From Acidimicrobiia bacterium (GTDB lineage: Bacteria > Actinomycetota > Acidimicrobiia > Spongiisociales > ZC4RG35), in assembly GCA_965203555.1 (NCBI GenBank), contig CBDBCY010000004.1, forward strand, positions 448,001 to 512,000: 64,000 bases of DNA, written 5' to 3'. The position numbers and the translations under genes were made by a program. Of this stretch, positions 10,343 through 21,136 are shown piece after piece (position 1 is the stretch's first letter; each line of letters opens with the position of its first letter). The notes below the pieces were generated by a model that was not told where the DNA came from, made no database searches, and was given only the letters and a program-made list of their open reading frames with translations.

Positions 10343-10786
10343 TCAGGCAGCTACTCGTTCTAGGTGTCTTCTGACTTGGTTCTTCAATGTGGCCACGATC
10401 GCCCCCATGCCCCGCAGGCGCAAAGGCGAAACCACCTCTTCCAAACCCACCCCGTAATAAAAGTCCTCGGGAAGGTCCAACACCGTCTGGGCCGACTCGC
10501 CGTCGAGCCCCACCGACAAAAGCCCGGCGTAACCGCGGATGGTGGGCGAATGGGGCGGCGCGTCGAAGAACATCCGGACCGTATTGTCCTCCTCCAAACG
10601 GGTGGCCAGGAAGAAGGGCGTCTGGCATTCCACCACTCTCTCCAACTCGTCTCTCATTTCGCCGTGATACTCGGGAGGCAGGGGTGGGAGGGTGCGGGAC
10701 AGATCGAGCAGGGCATGTCCCCTAATGGAACGGGGAGTGCTCTGCAACAGGATCAAAATCCGTTCGAGACGCTCGGGAAGGGCCAT
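10343..10786 (-). CDS. sufE: SufE-family sulfur acceptor
   Basis: RVVECQTP (catalytic Cys), [18 protein letters not shown]. Confidence 0.9.
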   Translation of the reverse strand: MALPERLERILILLQSTPRSIRGHALLDLSRTLPPLPPEYHGEMRDELERVVECQTPFFLATRLEEDNTVRMFFDAPPHSPTIRGYAGLLSVGLDGESAQTVLDLPEDFYYGVGLEEVVSPLRLRGMGAIVATLKNQVRRHLERVAA

Positions 10787-10908
10787 TCCCCATGAGGATA
10801 ACAGCGGCTTGTGGTGGGAATATGCACCGCATTCGGCGGGGTTTAAATCGTTATAACATGGGAGTACTTTCTACTCCCTACTCTGCACGTCAAACCGGAG
10901 AAATATGC

Positions 10909-11781
10909 ATGTCTGACACCGCAAATCCCAAGTTCGCCGCCTACGCACATCCCGGGATGCTGGTCACCACCGACTGGCTCGCCGCACATCTGGACGACCC
11001 CAGTGTCATCCCGGTGGAGTCGAACGAGGATCCGCTCCTCTACGACACGGGGCACATCCCGGGAGCGGTAAACCTCGACTGGCATCTCGATCTGAACGAC
11101 CCACTGATCAGGGACTACCTGCAGAGTGACGATTTCTCCTCGGTGATGGGAAGCAAGGGAATCAGTCCCGACTCCACCCTGGTCTTCTACGGAGACAACT
11201 TCAACTGGTGGGCCACCTACGCCCTGTGGGTGGTCACGCTGTTCGGTCACCGCGATGTCCGCATACTGGATGGAGGACGCATGAAGTGGGAGGCCGAGGG
11301 CCGCCCTCTCACCACCGAGTCCACCCAACGCGCCGCTGTAGATTACCCGTCCGTGGATCGCGACGACACCCGGATCCGCGCATTTCTCCCCATGGTGCTG
11401 GACCACTCCAAGGCAGGAGACCCCTTGGTGGATGTCCGCTCTCCCGAGGAGTTCCGTGGGGAACGTCTCCACATGCCCGGGTACCCGAACGAGGGTTCCA
11501 CCCGGGGAGGTCACATTCCCAACGCCAGCAATGTCCCCTGGAAGCGGGCCGCCAACGACGACGGAACCTTCAAGGACGCCGATGAACTTCGCGCCATTTA
11601 TGAGAGCGAAGTCGGCTTGCAGTCCGCCGACGAGGTCATCACCTACTGTCGGATCGGGGAGAGGTCCAGCCACACCTGGTTCGTCCTCACCCACTTGCTG
11701 GGATACGAGAACGTTCGCAACTACGACGGATCGTGGACCGAGTACGGCAACACGGTGGGCGTACCCATCGAAAAGCCCTGA
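10909..11781 (+). CDS. sseA: Thiosulfate sulfurtransferase (double rhodanese, SseA-like)
   Basis: [24 protein letters not shown] active loop, [10 protein letters not shown]. Confidence 0.93.
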   Translation: MSDTANPKFAAYAHPGMLVTTDWLAAHLDDPSVIPVESNEDPLLYDTGHIPGAVNLDWHLDLNDPLIRDYLQSDDFSSVMGSKGISPDSTLVFYGDNFNWWATYALWVVTLFGHRDVRILDGGRMKWEAEGRPLTTESTQRAAVDYPSVDRDDTRIRAFLPMVLDHSKAGDPLVDVRSPEEFRGERLHMPGYPNEGSTRGGHIPNASNVPWKRAANDDGTFKDADELRAIYESEVGLQSADEVITYCRIGERSSHTWFVLTHLLGYENVRNYDGSWTEYGNTVGVPIEKP

Positions 11782-11862
11782 CCGGATCATCCGCCCCTTA
11801 CTAGACAACCGGGGCGGGGTTACTCCCTCCCCGGTCACACTTTTCGGGTAGACTGGGCGCCC

Positions 11863-12973
11863 GTGCCGCGGGAAGATATTTCCTCCCAGTCTGCCCACCC
11901 TCCTCCCTGGCTCAACAGATGGTTGCTGACTGCCTCGTTGATCCTGCTTGGTGTTGCAGCCACCGTTTGGGTGATCGCACAATTGACCACCCTGCTGCTG
12001 ATGACGTTCATGGCGCTGTTTCTGACGGTGGCCCTCGGTCCGGCGGTCGACTGGCTGGAAAAGAGAAGATGGAACCGTCGATGGGCCACTGCCGCGGTCT
12101 TCTTAGCCGCCTTCTTCCTGGTGATCCTGTTCCTGGCCACGCTGCTGCCGCTATTCATCAACCAGACCGCCGCCATTGCGGTCAAACTGCCCGACTATCT
12201 GGCTACCACCGAGGAATGGCTGGGACGGTTCGTAGACATCGACCTACTGGACACCGCAGTCCGCGACCAACTGGAAGACCTGGGGTCACTGCTTCAGAAG
12301 TACGGAACGCAGGTGGCCGGCGGGGTCCTGGCGGTGGGAACCACTCTGGCGAATGTGGTCTTCCAAGCAGTGACCATCCTGCTGTTCGCCTTTTACATGG
12401 TGGCCGAAGCGCCAAAGATGCTGCAACTGGTGCTCTCGTTTTTCTCTGCGTCGCGTCAGCGCCTTCTGTTGCAGATCTGGCAGGTTTCCATAGAAAAGAC
12501 CGGAGGATACGTTTATTCACGCCTGATCCTGTCGGTGGTTTCGGCCGTGGTCACCGCGGTTGCGCCTCGCTCTCCTCTCGGTGCCTTATCCGGTGGCCCT
12601 GGGAATCTGGGTAGGAGTCACCTCCCAGGTCCTGCCCGTAATCGGGACCTATATCGCCGGGGCCCTCCCGGTGTTCATCGCCTTGGTCGAGGACCCGATC
12701 ACCGCACTTTGGGTGCTGGTGATCATCGTCGCCTATCAGCAACTCGAAAACCTGGTGATCTCACCCCGGGTCACCTCCCGCACCATGGAAATCCATCCCG
12801 CTGTCTCAGTGGGCGCCGTGATCGCCGGCGGATCGCTGATGGGCATAGTAGGCGCGGTGCTGGCCCTGCCGGTTGCAGCCATCGTGCAGTCCCTGATTTC
12901 CACCACCCGCCAACGTCACGACCTGGTTGTGAGATTCGATGAGCAGGATCAAGAGGATGACGCAGTGGGATGA
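11863..12973 (+). CDS. AI-2E family transporter, split by a +1 frameshift near 12558 (probable sequencing error)
   Basis: ORF 11863 gives the N-terminal TMs; ORF 12560 gives YQQLEN.VISPR...IHPAV..GA.LALP; removing one G in GCGGTTG joins them. Confidence 0.85.
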
Positions 12974-14147
12974 ACCGGTCATAGAAACGCCGAACGATCC
13001 TGACTCCCCGGATCGAAACGGCCCCCTGGCTGCAGTGTCGGTGGTGGAACTCGCCGGGCTGGGACCTGGGCCCTTCGCCGGCATGGTGATGGCCGACCTG
13101 GGCGCCGAGGTGACGTTGGTTGACCGCCCCGGCGGGGGCGTGGATTACGCGGCGGGCCAAGTCATTCTCAATCGGGGAAAACGCTCGATCGCAGTGGACT
13201 TGAAGAAGCCCGAGGGCAGGGAGGTAGCGCTCAGCCTGGTGGAGCGGGCCGACATACTCATTGAAGGTTTCCGGCCCGGTGTCGCCGAGCGCCTGGGAGT
13301 GGGCCCCGAGGTCTGCCTGGAACGAAACCCTCGCCTGGTTTACGGGCGGATCACCGGATGGGGACAGGAAGGTCCGTTGTCGCGCACCGCCGGGCACGAC
13401 ATCAACTACATAGCCGTGGCCGGAGCCCTGCATCCCATCGGCCCGGTCGAGCGACCGGCGGTACCACTCAACCTGATCGCTGATTACGGCGGCGGAGGGA
13501 TGTTGCTGGTTTCGGGAGTGCTGGCCGCTCTGATCTCGGCTCGCACCACCGGGAAGGGACAGGTAGTGGACGCCGCCATGGTGGACGGCACGGCTCTACT
13601 GACCGCCGTCATGCACGCCGGTCTCGCAGGAGGTTGGTGGACATCGCAGCGCAATTCCAACTTCCTGGACGGCGCGGCGCCTTTCTACGACGTCTACGAG
13701 ACAGCGGACGGGCGCCATGTGGCGGTGGGGTGTTTGGAGGAGCAGTTCCTGGAGGAGATGTGCTCCAGGCTGGACATCGACCGTGGGGACCTGCCGCACC
13801 GGTTCGATCCAAAGGGATGGCCGCAGTTGCGCCGGCGGTTGGAGGAAACCTTCCGGCAAAGGACCCGTGACGAATGGGCGGAGGAATTCGCGGAGGGCGA
13901 CGCTTGCGTGTCGCCGGTGCTGAGTCTGAGCGAAGCCACCCGGCACCCTCACCTGCGGTGGCGGTCCACCTTCGTAGAAGTGGGGGGATGGCGGCAACCG
14001 GCCCCGGCGCCGCGGTTCTCGCAAACCCCCGCTGCGACCCCTTCTCCCTCCCCATCCCGGGGGGAGCACACAGACCGGATTCTCGGCGATCTCGGGTTCT
14101 CACCCGAGGTCATAGATAGACTTCGCAGCAAAGGCGCAGTTGGTTGA
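12957..14147 (+). CDS. CaiB/BaiF CoA-transferase family III; alpha-methylacyl-CoA racemase-like
   Basis: GLGPGPFA..ADLGA, NRGKRS, EGFRPGV.ERLG.GP, GHDINY, NLIADYGGG, QPAPAPRFS. Confidence 0.9.
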   Translation: MTQWDEPVIETPNDPDSPDRNGPLAAVSVVELAGLGPGPFAGMVMADLGAEVTLVDRPGGGVDYAAGQVILNRGKRSIAVDLKKPEGREVALSLVERADILIEGFRPGVAERLGVGPEVCLERNPRLVYGRITGWGQEGPLSRTAGHDINYIAVAGALHPIGPVERPAVPLNLIADYGGGGMLLVSGVLAALISARTTGKGQVVDAAMVDGTALLTAVMHAGLAGGWWTSQRNSNFLDGAAPFYDVYETADGRHVAVGCLEEQFLEEMCSRLDIDRGDLPHRFDPKGWPQLRRRLEETFRQRTRDEWAEEFAEGDACVSPVLSLSEATRHPHLRWRSTFVEVGGWRQPAPAPRFSQTPAATPSPSPSRGEHTDRILGDLGFSPEVIDRLRSKGAVG

Positions 14148-14167
14148 TCTAAGAAGGAAACATAGAA

Positions 14168-16015
14168 ATGAGTAATCGCGATCTTCAATCCGAACGCCGG
14201 CAGATCGATCAGGCCGTTGACGGTCTCACGCTGGTAGACCTCTTGAACCGTGCCGCAGACGACCATGGAGACCGGTCCGCCGCCCGGTGGCAATCCGGAG
14301 ACGGCGAGTGGCGGGGCCTTACCTGGGAACAGATGCGCCGGATTACCCATCAGGTCGCGGCAGGCCTGCAAACCCTGGGAGTCGGGGCGGGTGACTTCGT
14401 GGGGATCACGGCCGGAGTCCGACCCGAACATGCCCTGGCCGATCTGGGAATCGTGCACACCGGCGCGGTTCCGATCACCTTCTATGAGACTCTCGCTCCG
14501 CCGCAAATCGCCTACATCGCCAAGCAGACCGGCGTGAAAGTGGCCATAGTGGAGAACCGGGAGGCGATGGACGGTTGGCAGGCAGCCCGCTCCCAGCTTC
14601 CCCGGCTGGAGACCTTCATCCTGCTCGACACCCCCGAAGGCGGAGTTCCGGACGGCGCCCTCTCCTGGGAAGCGCTACTGGAACAGGGAAAGGACCTTCT
14701 TTCGAAGGATCCCGCCACTGTTGCCCGGTCGGCTGAAGAGGTCACCCCCTCCCAACTCGCCACTCTGATCTACACGTCGGGGACCACCGGCGACCCCAAG
14801 GGAGTGATGGTCACCCACCGCAACGTGGTGTGGACGGTCGAGAGCGTGTTTCGCACCCTGAACATGCCATCTCATGTCCGGACCCTGGCCTATCTTCCCT
14901 TCGCTCACATCGCAGCGCGGGCCGGCACCCATTACACGACGATCTACTCGGCGGGGGAGGTCTACTACTGTCCCGATCTCACCCAGGTGGCCGACTACTC
15001 CCGAGCCTGCCGACCCCAGGCTTTCCTGGGAGTGCCGAGGGTGTGGGAGAAGTTCCAGGCTCGGCTGCTGGAAGCGTTGGAGGCCGATCCCAAGCGCCGG
15101 GACCTGGTTTTGAAGGCAATCGCCAACGGTCGGGAAGTGGTAGAAGGCCGGGTGTCCGGAAAGCACGCTTCGCTCGGCAAGCGCATCAAGCATGCTCTGT
15201 TCGACCGGATCATCTTCTCAAAGATCCGCAAGCGCCTGGGAATGGAGGAACTGGAACTGGCCGTCACCGCCGCCGCGCCCATCAGCCGCGATCTGCTGGT
15301 TTTCTTCCACGCCCTGGGAATTCCCCTCTACGAGATCTACGGGATGAGCGAGAACACCGGCCCGGCCACTTGCACCACGGCCGCCAACACCGCTTTGGGA
15401 ACGGTGGGCAAACCGTTCATGGGGGTGGAGGTGGAAACCACCGACGACGGCGAGATCAGAATCCGGGGAGGGGTGGTGACCGACGGTTACTACCGGCTTC
15501 CCCAGGCCACCGCCGACACCTTTGCCCAGGATGGATGGCTGTATTCAGGAGATCTCGGCGAGTGGGACGAAAACGGGAACCTCAGGATTGTGGGAAGGAA
15601 GAAGGAAATCATCATCACGTCCTCGGGCAAGAACGTCGCTCCGGCCATCCTGGAGACCTCTCTTTCCAGCCATCCGCTGGTCGGTGGAGTGTGCATGGTG
15701 GGAGACAACCGGCCATATCTCACCATGCTGGTTTCCCTCGATCCCCAAGAGGCGCCCAGGTGGGCTGAACAGCAAGGGATTGCAGCCGGCGACTGGGACG
15801 ACCTGATCACTGAAGCCAAAATCGTCGACGAGATCCAATCCGCCTTGGAGACCGGCAATCAGATGGTGGCCCGGGCCGAGCAGGTCAAGAAGATCGCCAT
15901 CGTCCAGGACCCGTGGCTTCCCGACACCGGGGAGATCACCCCCTCCATGAAAGTCAAACGGCACGTCGTTTTGAGCAAGTACGCTGGGGTGATCAGCGAG
16001 CTCTACGACGATTAG
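14168..16015 (+). CDS. Long-chain fatty acid-CoA ligase
   Basis: YTSGTTGDPKG, VPRVWEK, YGMSE, SGDLG, GRKKEIIITSSGKNVAP, ITPSMKVKR. Confidence 0.92.
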   Translation: MSNRDLQSERRQIDQAVDGLTLVDLLNRAADDHGDRSAARWQSGDGEWRGLTWEQMRRITHQVAAGLQTLGVGAGDFVGITAGVRPEHALADLGIVHTGAVPITFYETLAPPQIAYIAKQTGVKVAIVENREAMDGWQAARSQLPRLETFILLDTPEGGVPDGALSWEALLEQGKDLLSKDPATVARSAEEVTPSQLATLIYTSGTTGDPKGVMVTHRNVVWTVESVFRTLNMPSHVRTLAYLPFAHIAARAGTHYTTIYSAGEVYYCPDLTQVADYSRACRPQAFLGVPRVWEKFQARLLEALEADPKRRDLVLKAIANGREVVEGRVSGKHASLGKRIKHALFDRIIFSKIRKRLGMEELELAVTAAAPISRDLLVFFHALGIPLYEIYGMSENTGPATCTTAANTALGTVGKPFMGVEVETTDDGEIRIRGGVVTDGYYRLPQATADTFAQDGWLYSGDLGEWDENGNLRIVGRKKEIIITSSGKNVAPAILETSLSSHPLVGGVCMVGDNRPYLTMLVSLDPQEAPRWAEQQGIAAGDWDDLITEAKIVDEIQSALETGNQMVARAEQVKKIAIVQDPWLPDTGEITPSMKVKRHVVLSKYAGVISELYDD

Positions 16016-16056
16016 ACCACCGGCGCCCGAACCCGAACCAGACAGGAGAGTTTGCG

Positions 16057-16962
16057 TTGTCAGACATCACTTTTGACCAGAGGGTGGCGATCGTCACCGG
16101 GGCAGGAGGCGGCTTGGGGCGAAGCTACGCCTTGGAACTGGCCCGTCGCGGCGCCCGGGTGGTCGTAAACGACCTGGGAGGCGCCATCGACGGCACCGGA
16201 GGGGACAGTCGACCCGCCGACCTGGTTGTTGAAGAAATCGCCCGGCGGGGTGGGGAGGCGGTGGCCAACTACGATTCCGTGGCCAGTCCCGATGGGGGAG
16301 CGGCGATCGTACAGACCGCGGTGGACGCCTTCGGAACAGTGGATGTGGTAATCAACAACGCCGGGATCCTGCGGGATCGCAGCTTCGGGAACTTGACCCT
16401 GGCTGAACTCCAGGCGGTGATGGATGTGCATCTGCTGGGCGCCTTCTACGTCTCGATGCCGGCCTTCCCCATCATGAAGGAAAAAGGATACGGGCGGTTT
16501 GTCTTCACGTCCTCCAACGCCGGTATCTTCGGCAATTTCGGCCAGACCAATTACGGGGCCGCCAAGGCCGGGCTGGTCGGTTTCTCCAACGTGCTGGCCA
16601 TCGAAGGGGCCAAGTACAACATCAAGTCCAACGTGATCGCACCCGTGGCCCGAACCCGGCTCACCGAGGAGTTGCTGGGGCCTCTGACCGACTTCCTGGA
16701 CCCCGATCAGGTGATGCCCATGGTGGTGTATCTCTGCTCGGAAACCAACCAGTTCACCCATGAGATCTTCACCGCCGGGGGTGGCCGCTACGGACGCATT
16801 TTCGTTGGAACCAACCAGGGATGGTTCTCGGGAATGCAAGTGGTGCCCTCGGTAGAGGAGGTCCGCGACAACCTCGATCAGATCCGCGACATCTCCCAGT
16901 ACCAGGTCCCGATGAGTTCCACCGAGGAGATCATGCTGATCGCCAAGGCCATGGGGGGCTGA
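16057..16962 (+). CDS. SDR, MFE-2-type (R)-3-hydroxyacyl-CoA dehydrogenase
   Basis: TGAGGGLG, VVVNDLGG, NNAGILRD, GNFGQTNYGAAK; RBS CAGGAG before TTG. Confidence 0.9.
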   Translation: MSDITFDQRVAIVTGAGGGLGRSYALELARRGARVVVNDLGGAIDGTGGDSRPADLVVEEIARRGGEAVANYDSVASPDGGAAIVQTAVDAFGTVDVVINNAGILRDRSFGNLTLAELQAVMDVHLLGAFYVSMPAFPIMKEKGYGRFVFTSSNAGIFGNFGQTNYGAAKAGLVGFSNVLAIEGAKYNIKSNVIAPVARTRLTEELLGPLTDFLDPDQVMPMVVYLCSETNQFTHEIFTAGGGRYGRIFVGTNQGWFSGMQVVPSVEEVRDNLDQIRDISQYQVPMSSTEEIMLIAKAMGG

Positions 16963-16964
16963 TC

Positions 16965-17819
16965 ATGCCTATCGACGTCGAAGCCGCCCTGGGCAGCACC
17001 CTCCCGTCCCGGCAGTTCGCCTGGGACGAGGACCGGGTCATCCTGTACCACCTGGGATTGGGCGCAGGCGCCCCTCCCACCGATCCGCTCGAATTGTCCT
17101 ACGCCTACGAGGGAAACCTCTCGGTTCTTCCTTCCTTCGGCACGGTGGCCGCCTATTCCTCCATGGCCGCCATCTCCATGGCCCGGGGAGTGGATATCAA
17201 CTGGGCACTGCTGCTCCACGGCGAACAGGACCTGGAGATCCGCCGCCCGATTCCCCGCAGTGGCGAGGTGACAAACCAGCCGCGCATCGTCCACATCTAC
17301 GACAAGGGACGGGCCGCCCTGATAGTGGTGGAAGTCACCTCCACCGACAATCGCAGCAACGAGGTGCTGTTCGTCAACCGGGCTTCCCTTTTCGTTCGCG
17401 GCGAAGGGGGATGGGGTGGAGATTCCGGTCCCAAGGCCTCGAATCACGCGCCTACCCGGGATCCCGATCACGTCGTCCGCTCGGGTACCCTCCCCCAGCA
17501 GGCGTTGCTGTACAGGCTGTCGGGAGACAAGAACCCACTTCACGCCGATCCGGCCTTCGCCGCACTGGGAGGATTCGACCGCCCGATCCTTCATGGCCTC
17601 TGCACCTACGGAGTCGTGTGCAAAGCGGCAATCGATACCGTGTTGGGGGGAGATCCAGGACGGGCCCGGCGCTACCAGGCCCGATTCGCCGGGGTGGTGT
17701 TCCCCGGCGAGACAGTGGTGACCCGAATGTGGGAAGAAGGGGATGTGATCCTTTTGGAGGCGGCGGTGGAAGAGCGCGACGCGACGGTTCTTTCCAACGC
17801 GGCCCTCTGGGTGAACTAG
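16965..17819 (+). CDS. MaoC double hot-dog (R)-enoyl-CoA hydratase 2
   Basis: LLHGEQ, DKG.AA, YRLSGDKNPLHADP, ILHGLCTYG hydratase-2 motif. Confidence 0.92.
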   Translation: MPIDVEAALGSTLPSRQFAWDEDRVILYHLGLGAGAPPTDPLELSYAYEGNLSVLPSFGTVAAYSSMAAISMARGVDINWALLLHGEQDLEIRRPIPRSGEVTNQPRIVHIYDKGRAALIVVEVTSTDNRSNEVLFVNRASLFVRGEGGWGGDSGPKASNHAPTRDPDHVVRSGTLPQQALLYRLSGDKNPLHADPAFAALGGFDRPILHGLCTYGVVCKAAIDTVLGGDPGRARRYQARFAGVVFPGETVVTRMWEEGDVILLEAAVEERDATVLSNAALWVN

Positions 17820-17834
17820 AGAGGAGGTCTGGAC

Positions 17835-19025
17835 ATGGCGCCGACCGCAGTCCGCAGTCCGATAGACGAGAGACTGGACCAGTTGATTTCCACGTATCCG
17901 CCCGCCGAAACCAATCCGGTGGAATTCTGGGGCGCCCAGTTCGATCTGGGTCTGGCCTGGCCGTCTCTTCCCGAAGGATCGGGAGGAATGGGTGTCTCAC
18001 CCGCCGAGGCAGCATCGGTCAACCGAGTGTTGGGAGAGGCAGGGGCGCCATCCGACAATGTCGCCCGCAACCTGATCGGCTACGGGATGGGCGGTCCCAC
18101 GGTGGCGGTTCATGGAACGCCCGAACAGAGACAGCGTTGGTTGCGGAAGATGTTCACCGCCGAGGAAATCTGGTGCCAACTGTTCAGTGAACCAGGCGCC
18201 GGATCAGACGCGGCCGGGGTGAGCACCAGCGCCGTCCGGGACGGTGACGAGTGGGTGGTGAACGGGCAGAAGGTGTGGACCACCCTGGGACACAACGCCA
18301 AGTGGGGCATGCTCACCGCCCGCACCAATCCCGGAATCCCCAAGCATCGGGGCATCACCTACTTCATAATCGACATGGATCAGCCGGAGGTGGAGGTGCG
18401 CCCGCTGCGTCAGATGACCGGCGAGGCCGAGTTCAACGAGGTGTATTTCACCGACGCCCGGGTTCCCGACAGCAACCGCCTGGGAGAAGTGGGGGAGGGT
18501 TGGAGAGTCTCGGTGACCACTCTCATGAACGAGCGGGTGATCATCGGCGAGAACATCAGCCCCCGCGGAGAGGGCGCCATCGCCACCGCGGTGGAAGTAT
18601 GGCGCAACTCCGATTCGGATGACCAGGCTCGTCGCGACGAACTGGTAAAGCTGTGGGTGGAGGCGGAAGCGATCAGGCTCACCGGCATCCGAGACCGGAC
18701 GGCCCGGATGCGAGGAACGCCCGGTCCAGAAGGATCGACGCTCAAACTGCAGTGGGCCGAATTCCGCAAGCAGACCTTCGCCTGGGCGGTCGACATGATG
18801 GGAGCCCACGGGATGCTCTATCCGGAGGCCTACGAGTTCCGCACGCCCGACAGTTTGGAGACAGAACACAGCCCCCAATGGCAGTTCCTCCGCTCCCGCG
18901 CCAACTCCATAGAGGGAGGAACTTCGGAGATCCTTCGCAACGTGATAGGGGAGCGGGTGCTGGGACTGCCCAGGGAACCCCGGGTGGACCTGGAACTCCC
19001 CTGGAAGGAAGTAGCCCGCAGCTAA
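17835..19025 (+). CDS. Acyl-CoA dehydrogenase
   Basis: WCQLFSEPGAGSD, NGQKVWTT, FNEVYF, TLMNER, SIEGGTSEILRN.IGERVLGLP. Confidence 0.93.
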   Translation: MAPTAVRSPIDERLDQLISTYPPAETNPVEFWGAQFDLGLAWPSLPEGSGGMGVSPAEAASVNRVLGEAGAPSDNVARNLIGYGMGGPTVAVHGTPEQRQRWLRKMFTAEEIWCQLFSEPGAGSDAAGVSTSAVRDGDEWVVNGQKVWTTLGHNAKWGMLTARTNPGIPKHRGITYFIIDMDQPEVEVRPLRQMTGEAEFNEVYFTDARVPDSNRLGEVGEGWRVSVTTLMNERVIIGENISPRGEGAIATAVEVWRNSDSDDQARRDELVKLWVEAEAIRLTGIRDRTARMRGTPGPEGSTLKLQWAEFRKQTFAWAVDMMGAHGMLYPEAYEFRTPDSLETEHSPQWQFLRSRANSIEGGTSEILRNVIGERVLGLPREPRVDLELPWKEVARS

Positions 19026-19080
19026 GGGCCGCTCGCCTCCGGCCGATCCACACCCGGAGAAGAGTTATCCTTTCGGTGCC

Positions 19081-20052
19081 ATGGCGCGGGTGCTGGTAAC
19101 CAGAGCGATCAATCCTCTGGCGGCCGAGAGGCTGGCCGGACATGACGTGTGGACCTGGTCGGAGAACCGCACGATGCCCCGAGGATTGCTGTTGGACCGC
19201 GTTGCCAAAGCCGACGGCGCCCTGGTGATGCTCACGGACGCCATCGATGACGAGTTTCTCGATGCAGGCGCCGACTTGCGGGTGGTTTCCCAGATGGCAG
19301 TGGGGGTGGACAACGTGGATTTGCCGGCCTGCACCCGCCGGGGAGTACCGGTGGGACACACCCCGGATGTCCTTACCGAGACCACCGCCGACATGGCCTG
19401 GGCGCTGCTGGGCGCCGCCGCCCGGCGCATCCCCGAGGGACGAGAATACGTCCTGGGCGGGCATTGGGGAGAATGGGACCCCGATCTTCTGCTGGGCAAC
19501 GATCTGTGGGGAACGACCCTGGGAATCGTGGGGATGGGACGGATCGGGGCGGCGGTGGCCCGAAGGGCCATGGGATTCTCCATGAGGGTGCTGTACAGTT
19601 CGAGGACGCCCAAACCCGATGTGGAACAGAAGGCAGGCGCCACCTACGCCGAGTTGGACGAGGTGTTGCGGGAGGCCGACCATGTGGTGATCACCGCCTC
19701 TTACACATCGCAAACCCACCACCTGATCGACTCGGCCGCCTTGGATCGGATGAAACCGACCGCAACATTGGTGAACATCGCCCGCGGCCCGCTGGTCGAC
19801 CCGCAGGCCCTTTACCGGGCACTCCGATCGGATGGCATTTGGGCGGCGGCCCTGGACGTGACCGAACCGGAGCCCATACCGGCCGACCATCCGCTCCTCA
19901 CCCTTCCCAACTGTCTGGTGATACCTCATCTGGGTTCGGCCAGCCACGGCACGCGACTGGCAATGGCCACCCGAGCGGTGGAGAACCTACTCGCCGGACT
20001 GGACAAACGGAGAGTCCCGTGGTGCGCCAATCCCGAGGTTTACTCCCCGTAA
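19081..20052 (+). CDS. D-2-hydroxyacid dehydrogenase (glyoxylate reductase / D-glycerate dehydrogenase)
   Basis: AVGVDNVD, TPDVLTETTAD, GIVGMGRIG, NIARG, LDVTEPEP, PHLGSA. Confidence 0.92.
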   Translation: MARVLVTRAINPLAAERLAGHDVWTWSENRTMPRGLLLDRVAKADGALVMLTDAIDDEFLDAGADLRVVSQMAVGVDNVDLPACTRRGVPVGHTPDVLTETTADMAWALLGAAARRIPEGREYVLGGHWGEWDPDLLLGNDLWGTTLGIVGMGRIGAAVARRAMGFSMRVLYSSRTPKPDVEQKAGATYAELDEVLREADHVVITASYTSQTHHLIDSAALDRMKPTATLVNIARGPLVDPQALYRALRSDGIWAAALDVTEPEPIPADHPLLTLPNCLVIPHLGSASHGTRLAMATRAVENLLAGLDKRRVPWCANPEVYSP

Positions 20053-20141
20053 TACCGGCCGGGCGGAAGAAGGGACAGACTCCCGACCAACTATGGCTGG
20101 CAACCGGATATCTTGCGGCTTTCTAAAGCTATATGAAAGAG

Positions 20142-20813
20142 TTAGATAGCAGGTCGGCCGGTTAGAACGGCACCCGGCTGGACGGCCAGCAAGGCGCCTT
20201 GACGAATCGATACGTGCGCGCTGGTTTCGGTGAACCGGTTGGAGACGCCGCGGGTGCTCCCCGCCGCCAGCGTGGCGTTTTCCAATGTCCATTGGAGACC
20301 CTCGGTGGTCACCCCTACGGCATGCCCGCCCAGGGGTAGGAGCGAAACCAGGTCTCCCGGCTTTCCATGAAGGGTTGCCTGATGACGAACCACGGTGGCC
20401 AGATCTTCACCAGCCAACCATATGATTCGGGCGGCCAACCACCGATGATCCACTAACAGTTCAGCATTGGCGAGCAGATGGTCCAGTCTCCCTCCGTGTC
20501 CTCCCACCACTACCACCTGGTCCGCCTTTGGCATCGCCGCTTCCATCGCCAACTCCAGGTCGGTGTAGTCCTTGTCCTCGCAGTACTCCTGCACATCGCC
20601 TTTATGCCGCTCTGCGGCGTTCAGAGACACCGAGTCCAGATCGCCCACCAGCAGATCAGCTTCGAACCCCAGGCGATGGGCATGATCCAGTCCCGAATCA
20701 GCGGCGATCGCGAACGCCCCAGCGGGAATCCAGCCGGCAACCTCCACAGAAGGTGGCTCACCACCCGCGAATACCACTACCACTCGGGCCGCGATTGGAG
20801 CTTGCATCTGCAT
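20142..20813 (-). CDS. thiN: Thiamine pyrophosphokinase
   Basis: AADSG, VGDLDS, DKDYTDLELA, GGRLDHLLAN, GVSN. Confidence 0.9.
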   Translation of the reverse strand: MQMQAPIAARVVVVFAGGEPPSVEVAGWIPAGAFAIAADSGLDHAHRLGFEADLLVGDLDSVSLNAAERHKGDVQEYCEDKDYTDLELAMEAAMPKADQVVVVGGHGGRLDHLLANAELLVDHRWLAARIIWLAGEDLATVVRHQATLHGKPGDLVSLLPLGGHAVGVTTEGLQWTLENATLAAGSTRGVSNRFTETSAHVSIRQGALLAVQPGAVLTGRPAI

Positions 20814-21136
20814 GAAGATAATGCTTGGCGGTACTCTGCGAAAGCTTCACCTACTTGGAACAGAATACTTACGGACAGGGGAGGCACACCTGAACCCAAG
20901 ACCCGGTTCCCCGAGCCTGCAAATTCGTACTCGCCGCGCCTTCAGGTCCCTCTTGTCGATGTCCAAGATCCAGGCCTCAAGCCGATGGTTGAGGTCCTGC
21001 CTGGTAAGGGCCTTCGATCTGACTACTTGGAAAACCCCTTCTCAAAAGAGGGATCCCGACCCAATATCAAAGGAGGGATTCGGGCATCTCGATCCTTGTA
21101 GAGTTGCCAGGGTCCCGCAGAGTATGTCAACCACCA

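Noticed and set aside
20814-21136. Intergenic region upstream of thiN, checked for a TPP riboswitch, tRNA or small ORF
   Set aside because: No TPP core (CTGAGA...ACCTGA) or cloverleaf recognised; the ORFs lack motifs.
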